This document shows positions 1 through 9,234 of a stretch of DNA of 32,000 nt, piece after piece. A model generated the notes under the pieces. It had not been told where the DNA came from and ran no database searches. It was given only the letters and a program-made list of their open reading frames with translations. The stretch's first letter is position 1; every line of letters begins with the position of its first letter. Made by a program: the position numbers and the translations under genes. Origin of the DNA: Opitutales bacterium (GTDB lineage: Bacteria > Verrucomicrobiota > Verrucomicrobiia > Opitutales > PNEW01); the NCBI GenBank assembly GCA_965219535.1, contig CBDCNV010000001.1, positions 60,001 to 92,000 on the forward strand, read 5' to 3'.

Positions 1-2
1 CC

Positions 3-1337
3 TCGACCGACGACGTCGGATTGAATATAAGTATTAACTTTAGTCTACCTTTTACTTATTTCGACTTCAATGCGGTGGAATTAGGCGCCCCGGGTGGGAT
101 TGGCAGTGTCCACTATACGAACCGGACGATCACCTCGACAACGGGAGATGTCGATGGTATCAGTTTGGACGACATCGGGTATACCCCGGTCGGTGCTCCC
201 GGAAGTGGTTCCGAGGGACCACCCCCTGTAACCGGTCCCTCTATCACTACCCAACCTGCGAGCCAGGAAGTGCAGTCTGGTACCGCAGTTGTATTGTCCG
301 TCGCAGCCAGCGGTGACGATCTTACTTACCAGTGGTATACCGGCAACAGCGGTGACACTTCCAGTGCTATCGCGGGTGCTACCGGAAGTACTTTAACCAC
401 GGGTGCACTCACCGCGAGCACGAGTTTCTGGGTGCAGGTAACTAATGCGGGAGGTACCTCTGACAGTGATACCGCTGTTATCACCATCGCAGCACCGACC
501 GTGCCCCTGGTTCTCGAAGGAACAGGAGATATCGCCGGTGAAAACATCCAACACTCCAACGGCAACATCTTCGACCAGGTCTTATTAACTGGAGAGTCCA
601 TCCAACTACAAGCAAGACCGAATCAGATCACCCGGGTATCGTTCATGGACGAAGACGAGGACATTGTGCAGGTAGAGTTCTCAGGCGCAGGTACCTTTAC
701 CGTTACTCTGGACCCGGCCACCTTCCTGCCCGCGGCGTTGCCCCCGCGTTATAACCAGTCAGTAGATTACGTGACGGGCAAACCGAGTGTGGTCATTGAA
801 GGAGCGGATTCCAGCACCTTCTTCAGTATCTTCACCGTGGGATCAATCAACGCCGTGAACCAGGCCTTGTTCCCCGAGGGGCAGGTCTATGATGCCGAGG
901 CCGACGTGACGTTAGTAGAGGTAATTAACTCTACGGGGATAGGAGGCATGCAGCTGTCGAACACGGTGTTCAGTGGAAGCACTGGAAGGATAGGCGTGGA
1001 TGCGAGAGGAGTGCCGATCGCGGTGCGCTTAACCTTAGGCGACATCGATGCCAGTGGCGATGCAGTACCGCACCTCTTATTTGGAGAAGGCTCCTTCACG
1101 GTAGCAGCCGGCAACCCCGGATTGAGGATCACTGGAGGAGACCTTGCGCAGACAAATGGAGCTTCAATCGTAGTTGCGGAAAGTGGATCGACAACACGTG
1201 GATTTGATCGATTAATTACGCAGAACAATTTTAAATCCGATAATACCCCTCAACCTACGCGGAGCATCAATGCCACCTTCGTAAATGAAGATGACGAGGT
1301 GATTACCGTCGAGGTTGATGAGATAACAATTGAATAA
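3..1337 (+). CDS. Secreted/surface Ig-like-domain protein, C-terminal ~444 aa (5' end outside window); paralog of 24513..26801
   Basis: Frame is open from the window edge (STDDVG precedes the TTG used by the ORF track). Ig-like repeat TTQP..LTYQWY..FWVQVTNAGG. From ELGAPGGIG to the C-terminal ITVEVDE(I/V)TIE it aligns colinearly (roughly 85% identical by eye) with the 748-aa minus-strand ORF. TAA stop at 1335-1337. Confidence 0.8.
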   Translation, partial: STDDVGLNISINFSLPFTYFDFNAVELGAPGGIGSVHYTNRTITSTTGDVDGISLDDIGYTPVGAPGSGSEGPPPVTGPSITTQPASQEVQSGTAVVLSVAASGDDLTYQWYTGNSGDTSSAIAGATGSTLTTGALTASTSFWVQVTNAGGTSDSDTAVITIAAPTVPLVLEGTGDIAGENIQHSNGNIFDQVLLTGESIQLQARPNQITRVSFMDEDEDIVQVEFSGAGTFTVTLDPATFLPAALPPRYNQSVDYVTGKPSVVIEGADSSTFFSIFTVGSINAVNQALFPEGQVYDAEADVTLVEVINSTGIGGMQLSNTVFSGSTGRIGVDARGVPIAVRLTLGDIDASGDAVPHLLFGEGSFTVAAGNPGLRITGGDLAQTNGASIVVAESGSTTRGFDRLITQNNFKSDNTPQPTRSINATFVNEDDEVITVEVDEITIE

Positions 1338-1401
1338 CTCTTTAAGGAGTATCCCAGGTATACCCCCACTCATCAATTCCTCGTCACACCTCCACAGCAC
1401 T

Positions 1402-1483
1402 CGCCCTCACTTCGCCAAGATCTCTCATATAAATCAATTCTAAAACCATTAACACCCGGTAACTCTCTTACTTAAAAATTGGG
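1402..1483 (+). mobile_element. Orphan ~80-bp fragment of the right-end region of the 1345-bp IS3-family element (terminal ~22 bp of IRR missing)
   Basis: CGCCCTCACTTCGCCAAGATCTCTCATAT..AAAACCATTAACACCCGGTAACTCTC..ACTTAAA matches about 9161..9239 of the full copy with a few mismatches and a 2-nt indel. It begins 65 bp after the stop of the Ig-like protein gene. Confidence 0.8.
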
Positions 1484-1510
1484 AATTATAGTGCAAAGTA
1501 ACAATTTCAC

Positions 1511-1546
1511 TTGACTTCCCCGCCCATTTTTTGTTACTATAAGTCC
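1511..1546 (+). promoter_or_regulatory. Possible sigma70-like promoter for the IS1595-family transposase
   Basis: TTGACT (1511-1516), 18-nt spacer, TACTAT (1535-1540). AAGGAG Shine-Dalgarno at 1553-1558 lies 8 nt before ATG 1567. Confidence 0.3.
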
Positions 1547-1566
1547 GAAATTAAGGAGTGCAAATC

Positions 1567-2516
1567 ATGTCACAAAAAGCACCAGGCAAAGCATTTCGGA
1601 CCGGCATTTCTCTTCGCAAAGTCTTTCAAATGTTCCCAGATGATGCAACGGCGGAAGCGTGGGTTATCAAGGTGCGGTGGCCGGACGGAGTGACCTGCCC
1701 TTACTGTGATTCTACCAAGGTGCAAGACGGGGCCAAGCATCCGACCATGCGGTTCCGGTGCCGAGGCGGAAACGGAAAACGCTGCTACAAATTCTTCTCG
1801 CACCGCACCAAGACCCTAATGGAAGGCTCCAAGCTCGGGCCTCAAACGTGGGTGCTCGCCACTTATTTACTTTCGACCGGCATTAAGGGTACATCCAGCA
1901 TGAAGCTGCACCGCGACTTGGATATCAGTTATACGGCAGCCTGGTACCTGTCACACCGGATTCGAGAGGCATGGGAAAAAGGGAATGGTCTCTTCTCAGG
2001 GCCAATAGAAGTAGACGAGACGTATGTGGGCGGCAAAGAGAAGAACAAGCATGCCAGCAAGAAGACGAAGGCGGGGCGCGGGCCGGTTGGAAAAGCCGCC
2101 GTGGTTGGGATGAAGGACCGAGACACCAATACCGTAGAAGCTACCGTAGTTGAACGCACGGTTGCCCTGACGTTACAGGGCTTTGTGACCGAGCGCACGG
2201 AAGTAGGAGCCAAAGTCTACACGGACGATCACCGCAGTTATATCGGCCTAGAGAACCATGAGGCCGTTAAACATAGCCGTAAGTGAGTATGTCAACGGTT
2301 ATGGCCCACACCAACGGGATAGAGTCCTTCTGGGCCATGTTGAAGCGTGGATACAACTGCACCTATCATCACATGAGTGAAAAGCATTTGGGGCGCTACA
2401 TCAACGAGTTTGCCGGTCGGCATAACGTCCGGCCTCTTGACACCCTGGAACAAATGAAGATCGTGACGGAGGGTATTGTGGGAAAACGGCTCCGGTATAG
2501 TGAGTTGGTGACGTAA
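1567..2516 (+). pseudogene. IS1595-family (ISXO2-like) transposase, frameshifted
   Basis: N-terminal Zn-ribbon (CPYCDS..RFRCRGG..C) and DDE_Tnp_IS1595-like core (IEVDETYVGG; YTDDHRSY; HTNGIESFW). The coding path needs frame 1 to 2277, frame 2 for VSEYVNG (2279-2299), and frame 0 from about 2301 (MAHTNGIESFW..). ORF-track pieces are 1558..2286 and 2283..2516. Confidence 0.8.
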
Positions 2517-2548
2517 GAGGGACTACCGATAAAATCAGGGCAGGGTCA

Positions 2549-3444
2549 ATGAATTTTAAGGAAAACGAATCAGTTCAGAAATTGCGTGGCGGATACTACA
2601 CGCCAAACGATTTAGCCCATTTTATATCACGGTGGGTAGCAACCGCTACTCCGAAGCGAATACTGGAACCGAGTTGTGGGGATGGTAGATTTTTTCGTCC
2701 ACTTGCCACCTATACAGGTTCCGGTACATCTGAGGTTACGGCTTTTGAATTGGACACACTGGAGGCGGAAAAGGCTCAATTACATGCAGCGGAACTCAGA
2801 TTAAAAGCCACGGTAAGACCGACCGATTTTCTTGGTTGGGTGGTGAACCATCTTTGTGAAGAGGGGGAACGGTTTGATGCAGTAGTGGGCAATCCTCCCT
2901 TCATTCGCTATCAATACCTTCCTGAGAATTTTCAAAAGCTCGCTGAACAAATCTTTCAGTTGTTGGGATGTAAGTTCACAAAACATACAAACGCTTGGGT
3001 TCCTTTTGTACTTGCTTCGATTGCATTGTTGCGACCAGGGGGGCGACTTGGGATGGTCGTCCCCGCCGAAATTATTAACGTCATGCACGCGCAATCGTTG
3101 CGGTCGTATCTTGGAGAGAAGTGCAAGAAGATTGTTATTATTGATCCACAACAGTTGTGGTTTGAGGAAACCTTGCAGGGGGCAGTTATTCTACTTGCCG
3201 AGGTATGTGCGGATACGCAGCAACGACAAGAAGGATTAGGAATCCTTTCAGTTCGAGATAGAGAATTTGTGACCAAAGATGCAAACACGCTTTTTCACTC
3301 AGCGCCCGCTATTAACGGTAAAACCATCGCAGGAAAGTGGACGACAGCCCTCTTAGGTACTTCTACAATAAACCTCCTTGATGAATTACTGAATGATTCG
3401 CATGTGCATAGGTTCAAGGAAGTCGCACAAGTTGATGTTGGCAT
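2549..3444 (+). pseudogene. N6-adenine DNA methyltransferase (Eco57I/TaqI-like gamma class), 3'-truncated by IS insertion
   Basis: GGYYTP near the N-terminus; motif I ILEPSCGDGRFF; motif IV GNPPFIRYQY. The ORF runs into the IS right inverted repeat at 3445, so the last 10 codons of ORF 2549..3475 (DRTPFFVPI*) are IS-encoded. Confidence 0.8.
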
Positions 3445-4789
3445 TGATCGGACCCCGTTTTTCGTACCAATTTAAGTGAGAGAGTTACCGGGTGTTAATG
3501 GTTTTAGGATTGATGTATATGAGAGATCTTGGCGAAGTGAGGGCGTAGCCCGAACGCGGCCAAGATCGGAAAGGAATCTGACAAACTCTTGTGGGCTTTT
3601 GAAGCCTAAACGACTGTGGGGATGTTCATGGTTATAGGTCTGACGCCATTGTTCGATTACCACTTGCGCTTCAGCCACGCTGAGCAACACTTCACGGTTC
3701 AAACACTCATCGCGTAAGCGGTTGTGAAACGACTCGATGAAACCGTTTTGCCAGGGACTGCCCGGATCGATATAGATCGCCTTTATGTTATTACCGGACA
3801 ACCACTGCTGCACTTGATGAGCAATGAACTCACTGCCGTTGTCACTACGGATATAGCTGGGAGGTCCCTCCTCTTCAATGGCCTCGCTAAGCACAGAGAG
3901 GACATCGGTTGAGGTGAGTTGACGAGCGACCCGGATATCCAGGCATTTACGCGTATATGTCTTCGCTTCGCTTGAGTGTCGTCGCTTTCAGCTCCTCGGT
4001 ACATCGATTAGAGTCATCATCTTTAATGGACCGCCGTTGTCTGTACGATCATGGACAAAGTCCCAGGACCAAACGTGATTGCGACCCTTTGCTTTAGTAG
4101 GTGACCCCGTAGAGACTCCTTGACGGTGTCTGCCCTTTTTCGGGGGCTTTACCTGCAGCCCTTCTGAACGTCGTACCGCCTGGACAAACTTCCTGCTTGT
4201 TGTCCAGCCTTCCTTTACCAGCAAGGCACGGATGCGCCGGTAACCGTAGCGGGGATGTTTCCAGGACAAGCTCACAATCCGCTCGACCAACCGCTGAGCT
4301 TTCTCACTGGCCTGTTTGGGCCGGTAACTGAACGTTGACCAACTCAGGCTGAGATAAGCACAAGCCCTCCGCAACGAGCACAACCCTTTCTCAGCCGCAG
4401 CTTTTACTACTCGTTTCTTCTGCTTTGGGCGCACCATTTTTTTGACAGCGTTTCCTCCATTACCTGATTCTTGAGCATTTGATCTGCGAGCAGCTTCTTC
4501 AGCTCGGTATGTCAGGCCTTCTCGCTTGCGCTCGTGAATTCTTTTTCCAGCTCTTTAAATCGCTTCGCATCGGCAAGTTCTAAATTGCCATATTTTTTAC
4601 GCCAGCGATAGAAAGTCTGTTCGCTCAGGTTGTTTCCACGGCAGATTTCCTGTACCGTTTTACCGGTATCGGCTTGCCGCAATATTGTTATAATCTGTTC
4701 TGTTGTGTATCTTTTTCTTTTCATTGAGGTTATCTGTTTATCCCGATAACCTCTCTCTGTAAATGATACGATTTTTGGGGGTCACTCCA
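3445..4789 (-). mobile_element. IS3-family insertion sequence, full-length copy A (1345 bp)
   Basis: IRR (outside-in TGATCGGACCCCGTTTTTCGTACCAATTTAAGTGAGAG) starts at 3445. IRL (TGGAGTGACCCCCAAAAATCGTATCATTTACAGAGAG, reverse-complemented here) ends at 4789. Protein segments are identical to the other copies except S->R at orfB codon 3. Confidence 0.95.
3472..4724 (-). pseudogene. IS3-family transposase orfA/orfB of copy A, each interrupted by an in-frame TGA
   Basis: ORF-track pieces 4512..4724, 3988..4437 and 3472..3894 are colinear with copy B. HTH orfA; DDE core (WSWDF; SDNGSEF; QNGFIESFHNRLRDE). Confidence 0.85.
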
Positions 4790-4872
4790 AGTGTTTTCAT
4801 ATCTTGTGCAACAAGATCAAATAACTCCATAGATTTATGATAAGCTCCAAAAACTTTTAATCCACTTTTCAT
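4790..4872 (-). pseudogene. 27-codon N-terminal stub of a four-helix-bundle (23S rRNA IVS-like) protein gene, cut by IS copy A
   Basis: GGAGGAG Shine-Dalgarno then ATG at 4872..4870. MKSGLKVFGAYHKSMELFDLVAQDMKT runs straight into IRL at 4789. Family assignment rests only on the N-terminal pattern. Confidence 0.35.
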
Positions 4873-5003
4873 ATATCTTCACTCCTCCCTCGACACCTGC
4901 CCCTCGACACTCGACTATTTCTTATTTCATCTTTGGTACTATAAACGGAATATTTTAATATTTATTTATAGCTCAGCGAATGAGATGAATCGTCCTTCAG
5001 AAT

Positions 5004-5657
5004 TTACTTTCTCCCAAACAAATTAATCATGTACCCGCTCACAAAAAATGCAAACGCCACCAGACTGATCGGTGGCAGCCCGCCATGCCAGCTGGATGGG
5101 TTGAGCCAACCTTTGTAGCCCATAAAAAACAAGTGAACTGCACCGAGTATCATCGCTACTAGGAGGAATTTCCGTGAGGTAATAAATTGGATGAATGCCT
5201 TGTCTTCTCTCAGATGGGTTAGAAAACTCAGGTTGTAACCCCAGAGAATGACAAAGGCTAAAACACCACCGAGCATACTTATGCCTGCCAATAGTGTAAG
5301 CGAACCGTCTTGATCAAAAAACTTTCCGTATATTTTTGGATTAAACAGCATGAAGCTCATTAATGCATGGATGAGCACTAGCAAGAATCCGCTCATACCT
5401 AAAGCATTGCGGGCATTGAGCCAGCTTTCAGGAACTTTTAATCCCAGGTTTTTCAACGGTCCCAAACTGAAATTAAAAGTCAGCAATATAAATGCACTTA
5501 GTGAGACCCCTTTATTTAAAATAAAAAAGGGGAAATCTTTCCACGGTACCGGACCGACGATGTGGTAGCGAAGTATCGTATATCCAATCGAAAAGATTAG
5601 CGTAATCGCAATGATCCGACTTGCCGAGTTTTTATGAATTTCTGAATGATTAATCAA
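5004..5657 (-). CDS. Polytopic membrane protein, MsrQ/ferric-reductase-like transmembrane domain (tentative)
   Basis: About 6 hydrophobic segments with conserved-looking His in TM helices (LVLIHALMSF, LGAVHLFFMGY). TTG start at 5657 is uncertain. Confidence 0.5.
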   Translation of the reverse strand: MINHSEIHKNSASRIIAITLIFSIGYTILRYHIVGPVPWKDFPFFILNKGVSLSAFILLTFNFSLGPLKNLGLKVPESWLNARNALGMSGFLLVLIHALMSFMLFNPKIYGKFFDQDGSLTLLAGISMLGGVLAFVILWGYNLSFLTHLREDKAFIQFITSRKFLLVAMILGAVHLFFMGYKGWLNPSSWHGGLPPISLVAFAFFVSGYMINLFGRK

Positions 5658-5832
5658 AATATTATTAAATAAATCTCAATTTATCAAAATACAAATTTCG
5701 AATAATAGCCAAACTACAATTTCTAAATAACCAAACTGTTTTCGATTATTATTTTGTGTAAATTGGTTTTTTGGCTACTGGAATTTATTTGTGGTTTGTA
5801 ACTTGTTATTTTGTGCTTAAATTCATTTCACC

Positions 5833-6519
5833 TTACTCTGATTTCTTATCGCCTTTGATGAATGGCACCGCTTCCTGCGGAGTCTCTGCGAAGGAAATAA
5901 GATTGAGATCTTCTTCACCGATCGTTCCTTCACGAATCATTGTATTCGTGATAAATTCGCTCATTGCGTCCCAGAACTTGCCACCCAGGACGACGAGAGG
6001 AAAGGATTCGATCTTCCCGTTCTGTATGAGTGTAAGCGTCTCGAAAACTTCATCAAGCGTACCAAATCCACCAGGCAGAACGACAAAAGCGGAGGAGAGT
6101 TTCACCAGCATCATCTTGCGTACAAAGAAATGTTCAAATTCAACAAACTGATCCACATAGGGGTTTGGTTTTTGCTCCCTGGGTAGACTGATATTGCAAC
6201 CGATTGATCTGCCTCCCTTATCTTTAGCTCCGCGATTGGCTGCTTCCATGATTCCTGGACCTCCTCCGGTCACCACGGTATAGCCATCGATCGCCAACAG
6301 CCTTCCCATCTCGCGAGCCAGTACATAGCTAGGATGATCGTCTGAAAAACGGGCAGATCCGAATACTGTCACACATTTTCCTAAATCCTTAAGCTCGGCA
6401 GCTGCGTGAAGCGTCTCAATGAAAACCCGACCGGCGCTAACCAGTTCTTCGTCGTAAGATCTAAGGGCACGAAGAAAATTACGCTCTTCGTCGTGTCGTA
6501 TGTCGATAAATTGGCTCAT
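5833..6519 (-). CDS. LOG-family / TIGR00730 Rossmann-fold nucleotide-binding protein (cytokinin riboside 5'-monophosphate phosphoribohydrolase-like)
   Basis: Signature motifs TGGGPGIMEAANRGA and LPGGFGTLDEVFE; ATG start; TAA stop. Confidence 0.9.
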   Translation of the reverse strand: MSQFIDIRHDEERNFLRALRSYDEELVSAGRVFIETLHAAAELKDLGKCVTVFGSARFSDDHPSYVLAREMGRLLAIDGYTVVTGGGPGIMEAANRGAKDKGGRSIGCNISLPREQKPNPYVDQFVEFEHFFVRKMMLVKLSSAFVVLPGGFGTLDEVFETLTLIQNGKIESFPLVVLGGKFWDAMSEFITNTMIREGTIGEEDLNLISFAETPQEAVPFIKGDKKSE

Positions 6520-6719
6520 GGTGGGACCGGATTGATCGGTAAATTGTCAAAAGAAAAATCATGAAATTCAAATGACAAAAAGACAAATCACAAATCTCAA
6601 ATAATATTTAAATTACAAAATCTAAATTACCAAACGGTATTAAATAATAAGGAATCAGATATTCTTTTATCCTTTTTGTCGTTTTGGTTTCTCAATCATT
6701 AGAATATATTTGTATTTTG

Positions 6720-7811
6720 TCATTTGTATTTTGGGAAATTTATATTTCCCCGCATCTTCTGTGTCACGACACAACGGAAACCCGTGTGATTAGAACTGGA
6801 TCGTGGGTCTGTAGCCATACGGGCACTCGGCCTGAATCCGGTACAATAATTTTCGCTGCATAAGAATGATCCGCCTTTAACAATGCGTTTTGGAATACCG
6901 GGTTCATTAGGATCAAGGCTATGTTCTTTAATAACTCCTGTAGGGTTTTCTTTAGAGCTGACTTCATAATACCGGGGATGATACCAATCTGATACCCATT
7001 CCCAGACATTGCCGGCCATGTCATAAAGACCGTATCCGTTGGGTGGATAACTGCCAACAGGTGATGTAATACTATGGCCATCGTTGCCACTGTTTTCGTA
7101 AGGAAAATTCCCTTCCCAATAATTCATCACTTTATTCTCAAGATGCTCGGGTTGATCTCCCCATGTGTATACCTTATTATCCAAGCGACCACGTGCTGCG
7201 TACTCCCATTGTGCTTCGGTAGGCATCTCCTTACCTGCCCATTTGCAATAAGCCATTGCGTCATCATAGGTCACATGTACCACGGGATGATTCATTCTCT
7301 CTTCGATACTGCTTTCCAGTCCTTCGGGATGTCGCCAATTTGCACCTGGTTTATATTCCCACCAGTTATATAAATTTCTCATGTCAACTTTGCCGGTGGG
7401 TTGTTTAAAAACAATCGATGCGGGAATAAGCATCTCAGGTAGTGCACCCGGCCAATCTTCCGCTTTGGGCTTTTGTTCTGAATAGGTAATGTAACCTGTC
7501 TCTTCCACAAACTTCGCGTATTGTTCGTTTATCACGGGAGTCATATCTATCCAGAATCCATCGAGCTTCACCTCATGAACAGGGCTCTCATTGTTATAGC
7601 CGCCATGCGGCATTACCTTATTCCCTGTGTCATCTCCCATCATAAAAGCGCCACCTGGAATCCATAACATACCTGCAGGGCTTTGAATGTTTTGCGGATG
7701 GTCGACCGTTTTAGCTGAAGATTTTTTTATATCCTCACCTCCAGTATGCAGTACAGAAAGCAGCAAAGTTAAAAACCCAAAAGTAAAATAAGAATAAGGA
7801 TTATATTTCAA
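6720..7811 (-). CDS. Formylglycine-generating enzyme family protein (SUMF1/FGE-sulfatase domain), secreted
   Basis: N-terminal hydrophobic signal (FTFGFLTLLLSVLHTG); YGLYDMAGNVWEWVSDWY; GGSFLC..YC..RPSAR..TGFRCV. TTG start at 7811 is uncertain; TGA stop. Confidence 0.9.
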   Translation of the reverse strand: MKYNPYSYFTFGFLTLLLSVLHTGGEDIKKSSAKTVDHPQNIQSPAGMLWIPGGAFMMGDDTGNKVMPHGGYNNESPVHEVKLDGFWIDMTPVINEQYAKFVEETGYITYSEQKPKAEDWPGALPEMLIPASIVFKQPTGKVDMRNLYNWWEYKPGANWRHPEGLESSIEERMNHPVVHVTYDDAMAYCKWAGKEMPTEAQWEYAARGRLDNKVYTWGDQPEHLENKVMNYWEGNFPYENSGNDGHSITSPVGSYPPNGYGLYDMAGNVWEWVSDWYHPRYYEVSSKENPTGVIKEHSLDPNEPGIPKRIVKGGSFLCSENYCTGFRPSARMATDPRSSSNHTGFRCVVTQKMRGNINFPKYK

Positions 7812-7981
7812 AATGTCTGACTATGAAACCTAACGGAAAAGGGTAAGCAAAGTTGAGAGTTAAGTGTTATGAGTCAAAGAAAAACAATTGAATTACAGTT
7901 ATCAGTAATCAGACGTTGGAGTGACCCCCAAAAATCGTATCATTTACAGAGAGAGGTTATCGGGATAAACAGATAACCTCA

Positions 7982-9234
7982 ATGAAAAGAAAAAGATACA
8001 CAACAGAACAGATTATAACAATATTGCGGCAAGCCGATACCGGTAAAACGGTACAGGAAATCTGCCGTGGAAACAACCTGAGCGAACAGACTTTCTATCG
8101 CTGGCGTAAAAAATATGGCAATTTAGAACTTGCCGATGCGAAGCGATTTAAAGAGCTGGAAAAAGAATTCACGAGCGCAAGCGAGAAGGCCTGACATACC
8201 GAGCTGAAGAAGCTGCTCGCAGATCAAATGCTCAAGAATCAGGTAATGGAGGAAACGCTGTCAAAAAAATGGTGAGCCCAAAGCAGAAGAAACGAGTAGT
8301 AAAAGCTGCGGCTGAGAAAGGGTTGTGCTCGTTGCGGAGGGCTTGTGCTTATCTCAGCCTGAGTTGGTCAACGTTCAGTTACCGGCCCAAACAGGCCAGT
8401 GAGAAAGCTCAGCGGTTGGTCGAGCGGATTGTGAGCTTGTCCTGGAAACATCCCCGCTACGGTTACCGGCGCATCCGTGCCTTGCTGGTAAAGGAAGGCT
8501 GGACAACAAGCAGGAAGTTTGTCCAGGCGGTACGACGTTCAGAAGGGCTGCAGGTAAAGCCCCCGAAAAAGGGCAGACACCGTCAAGGAGTCTCTACGGG
8601 GTCACCTACTAAAGCAAAGGGTCGCAATCACGTTTGGTCCTGGGACTTTGTCCATGATCGTACAGACAACGGCGGTCCATTAAAGATGATGACTCTAATC
8701 GATGTACCGAGGAGCTGAAAGCGACGACACTCAAGCGAAGCGAAGACATATACGCGTAAATGCCTGGATATCCGGGTCGCTCGTCAACTCACCTCAACCG
8801 ATGTCCTCTCTGTGCTTAGCGAGGCCATTGAAGAGGAGGGACCTCCCAGCTATATCCGTAGTGACAACGGCAGTGAGTTCATTGCTCATCAAGTGCAGCA
8901 GTGGTTGTCCGGTAATAACATAAAGGCGATCTATATCGATCCGGGCAGTCCCTGGCAAAACGGTTTCATCGAGTCGTTTCACAACCGCTTACGCGATGAG
9001 TGTTTGAACCGTGAAGTGTTGCTCAGCGTGGCTGAAGCGCAAGTGGTAATCGAACAATGGCGTCAGACCTATAACCATGAACATCCCCACAGTCGTTTAG
9101 GCTTCAAAAGCCCACAAGAGTTTGTCAGATTCCTTTCCGATCTTGGCCGCGTTCGGGCTACGCCCTCACTTCGCCAAGATCTCTCATATACATCAATCCT
9201 AAAACCATTAACACCCGGTAACTCTCTCACTTAA
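7982..9234 (+). pseudogene. IS3-family transposase orfA (7982..8275) and orfB (8269..9234) of copy B; in-frame TGA at 8192-8194 and 8716-8718
   Basis: orfA gives MKRKRYTTEQIITILRQADTGKTVQEICRGNNLSEQTFYRWRKKY.. (HTH), then TGA, and the same frame continues HTELKKLLADQMLKNQVMEETLSKKW*. orfB gives MVSPKQKK..WSWDFVHD..TLIDVPRS, then TGA, and the same frame continues ..TYTRKCLD..SDNGSEF..QNGFIESFHNRLRDE.. Confidence 0.85.
8263..8269 (+). promoter_or_regulatory. Putative -1 programmed ribosomal frameshift site (A AAA AAA) joining orfA to orfB
   Basis: The A7 run sits in phase with orfA codons (tcA AAA AAA tgg tga). orfB (ATG 8269) is in the -1 frame. This is the standard IS3-family arrangement. 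Confidence 0.6.

Noticed and set aside
8192-8194. Genome-wide reassignment of TGA (code 4/25) as the explanation for the in-frame TGAs in the IS
   Set aside because: TGA ends the FGE gene (6720-6722), the BNR gene (20404-20406) and the RayT gene at positions consistent with full-length proteins. TGA therefore functions as a stop in this genome.
8186-8200. The orfA insert as an inserted REP, based on AAGGCCTGAC resembling AGGGCCTGAC of the RayT-flanking repeat
   Set aside because: The match is only 9 nt. The insert lacks the GTCAG/CTGAC hairpin partner, and the rest of the repeat does not align.
8153-8206. T4 gene-60-style translational bypass of the orfA insert (take-off and landing on the repeated GAG CTG)
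   Set aside because: The codon immediately before the TGA (GCC) has no matching landing codon. No convincing take-off hairpin was found. The orfB insert has only a weak AGC...AGC pair that would not remove the insert. It is kept only as a remark inside a low-interest finding.
8702-8982. Short ORFs inside each IS copy in other frames or on the other strand (8702..8923, 8794..8982 and their equivalents in copies A and D)
   Set aside because: These are shadow ORFs overlapping the transposase frame. The transposase-frame translation is the one that aligns with the other IS3-family elements.
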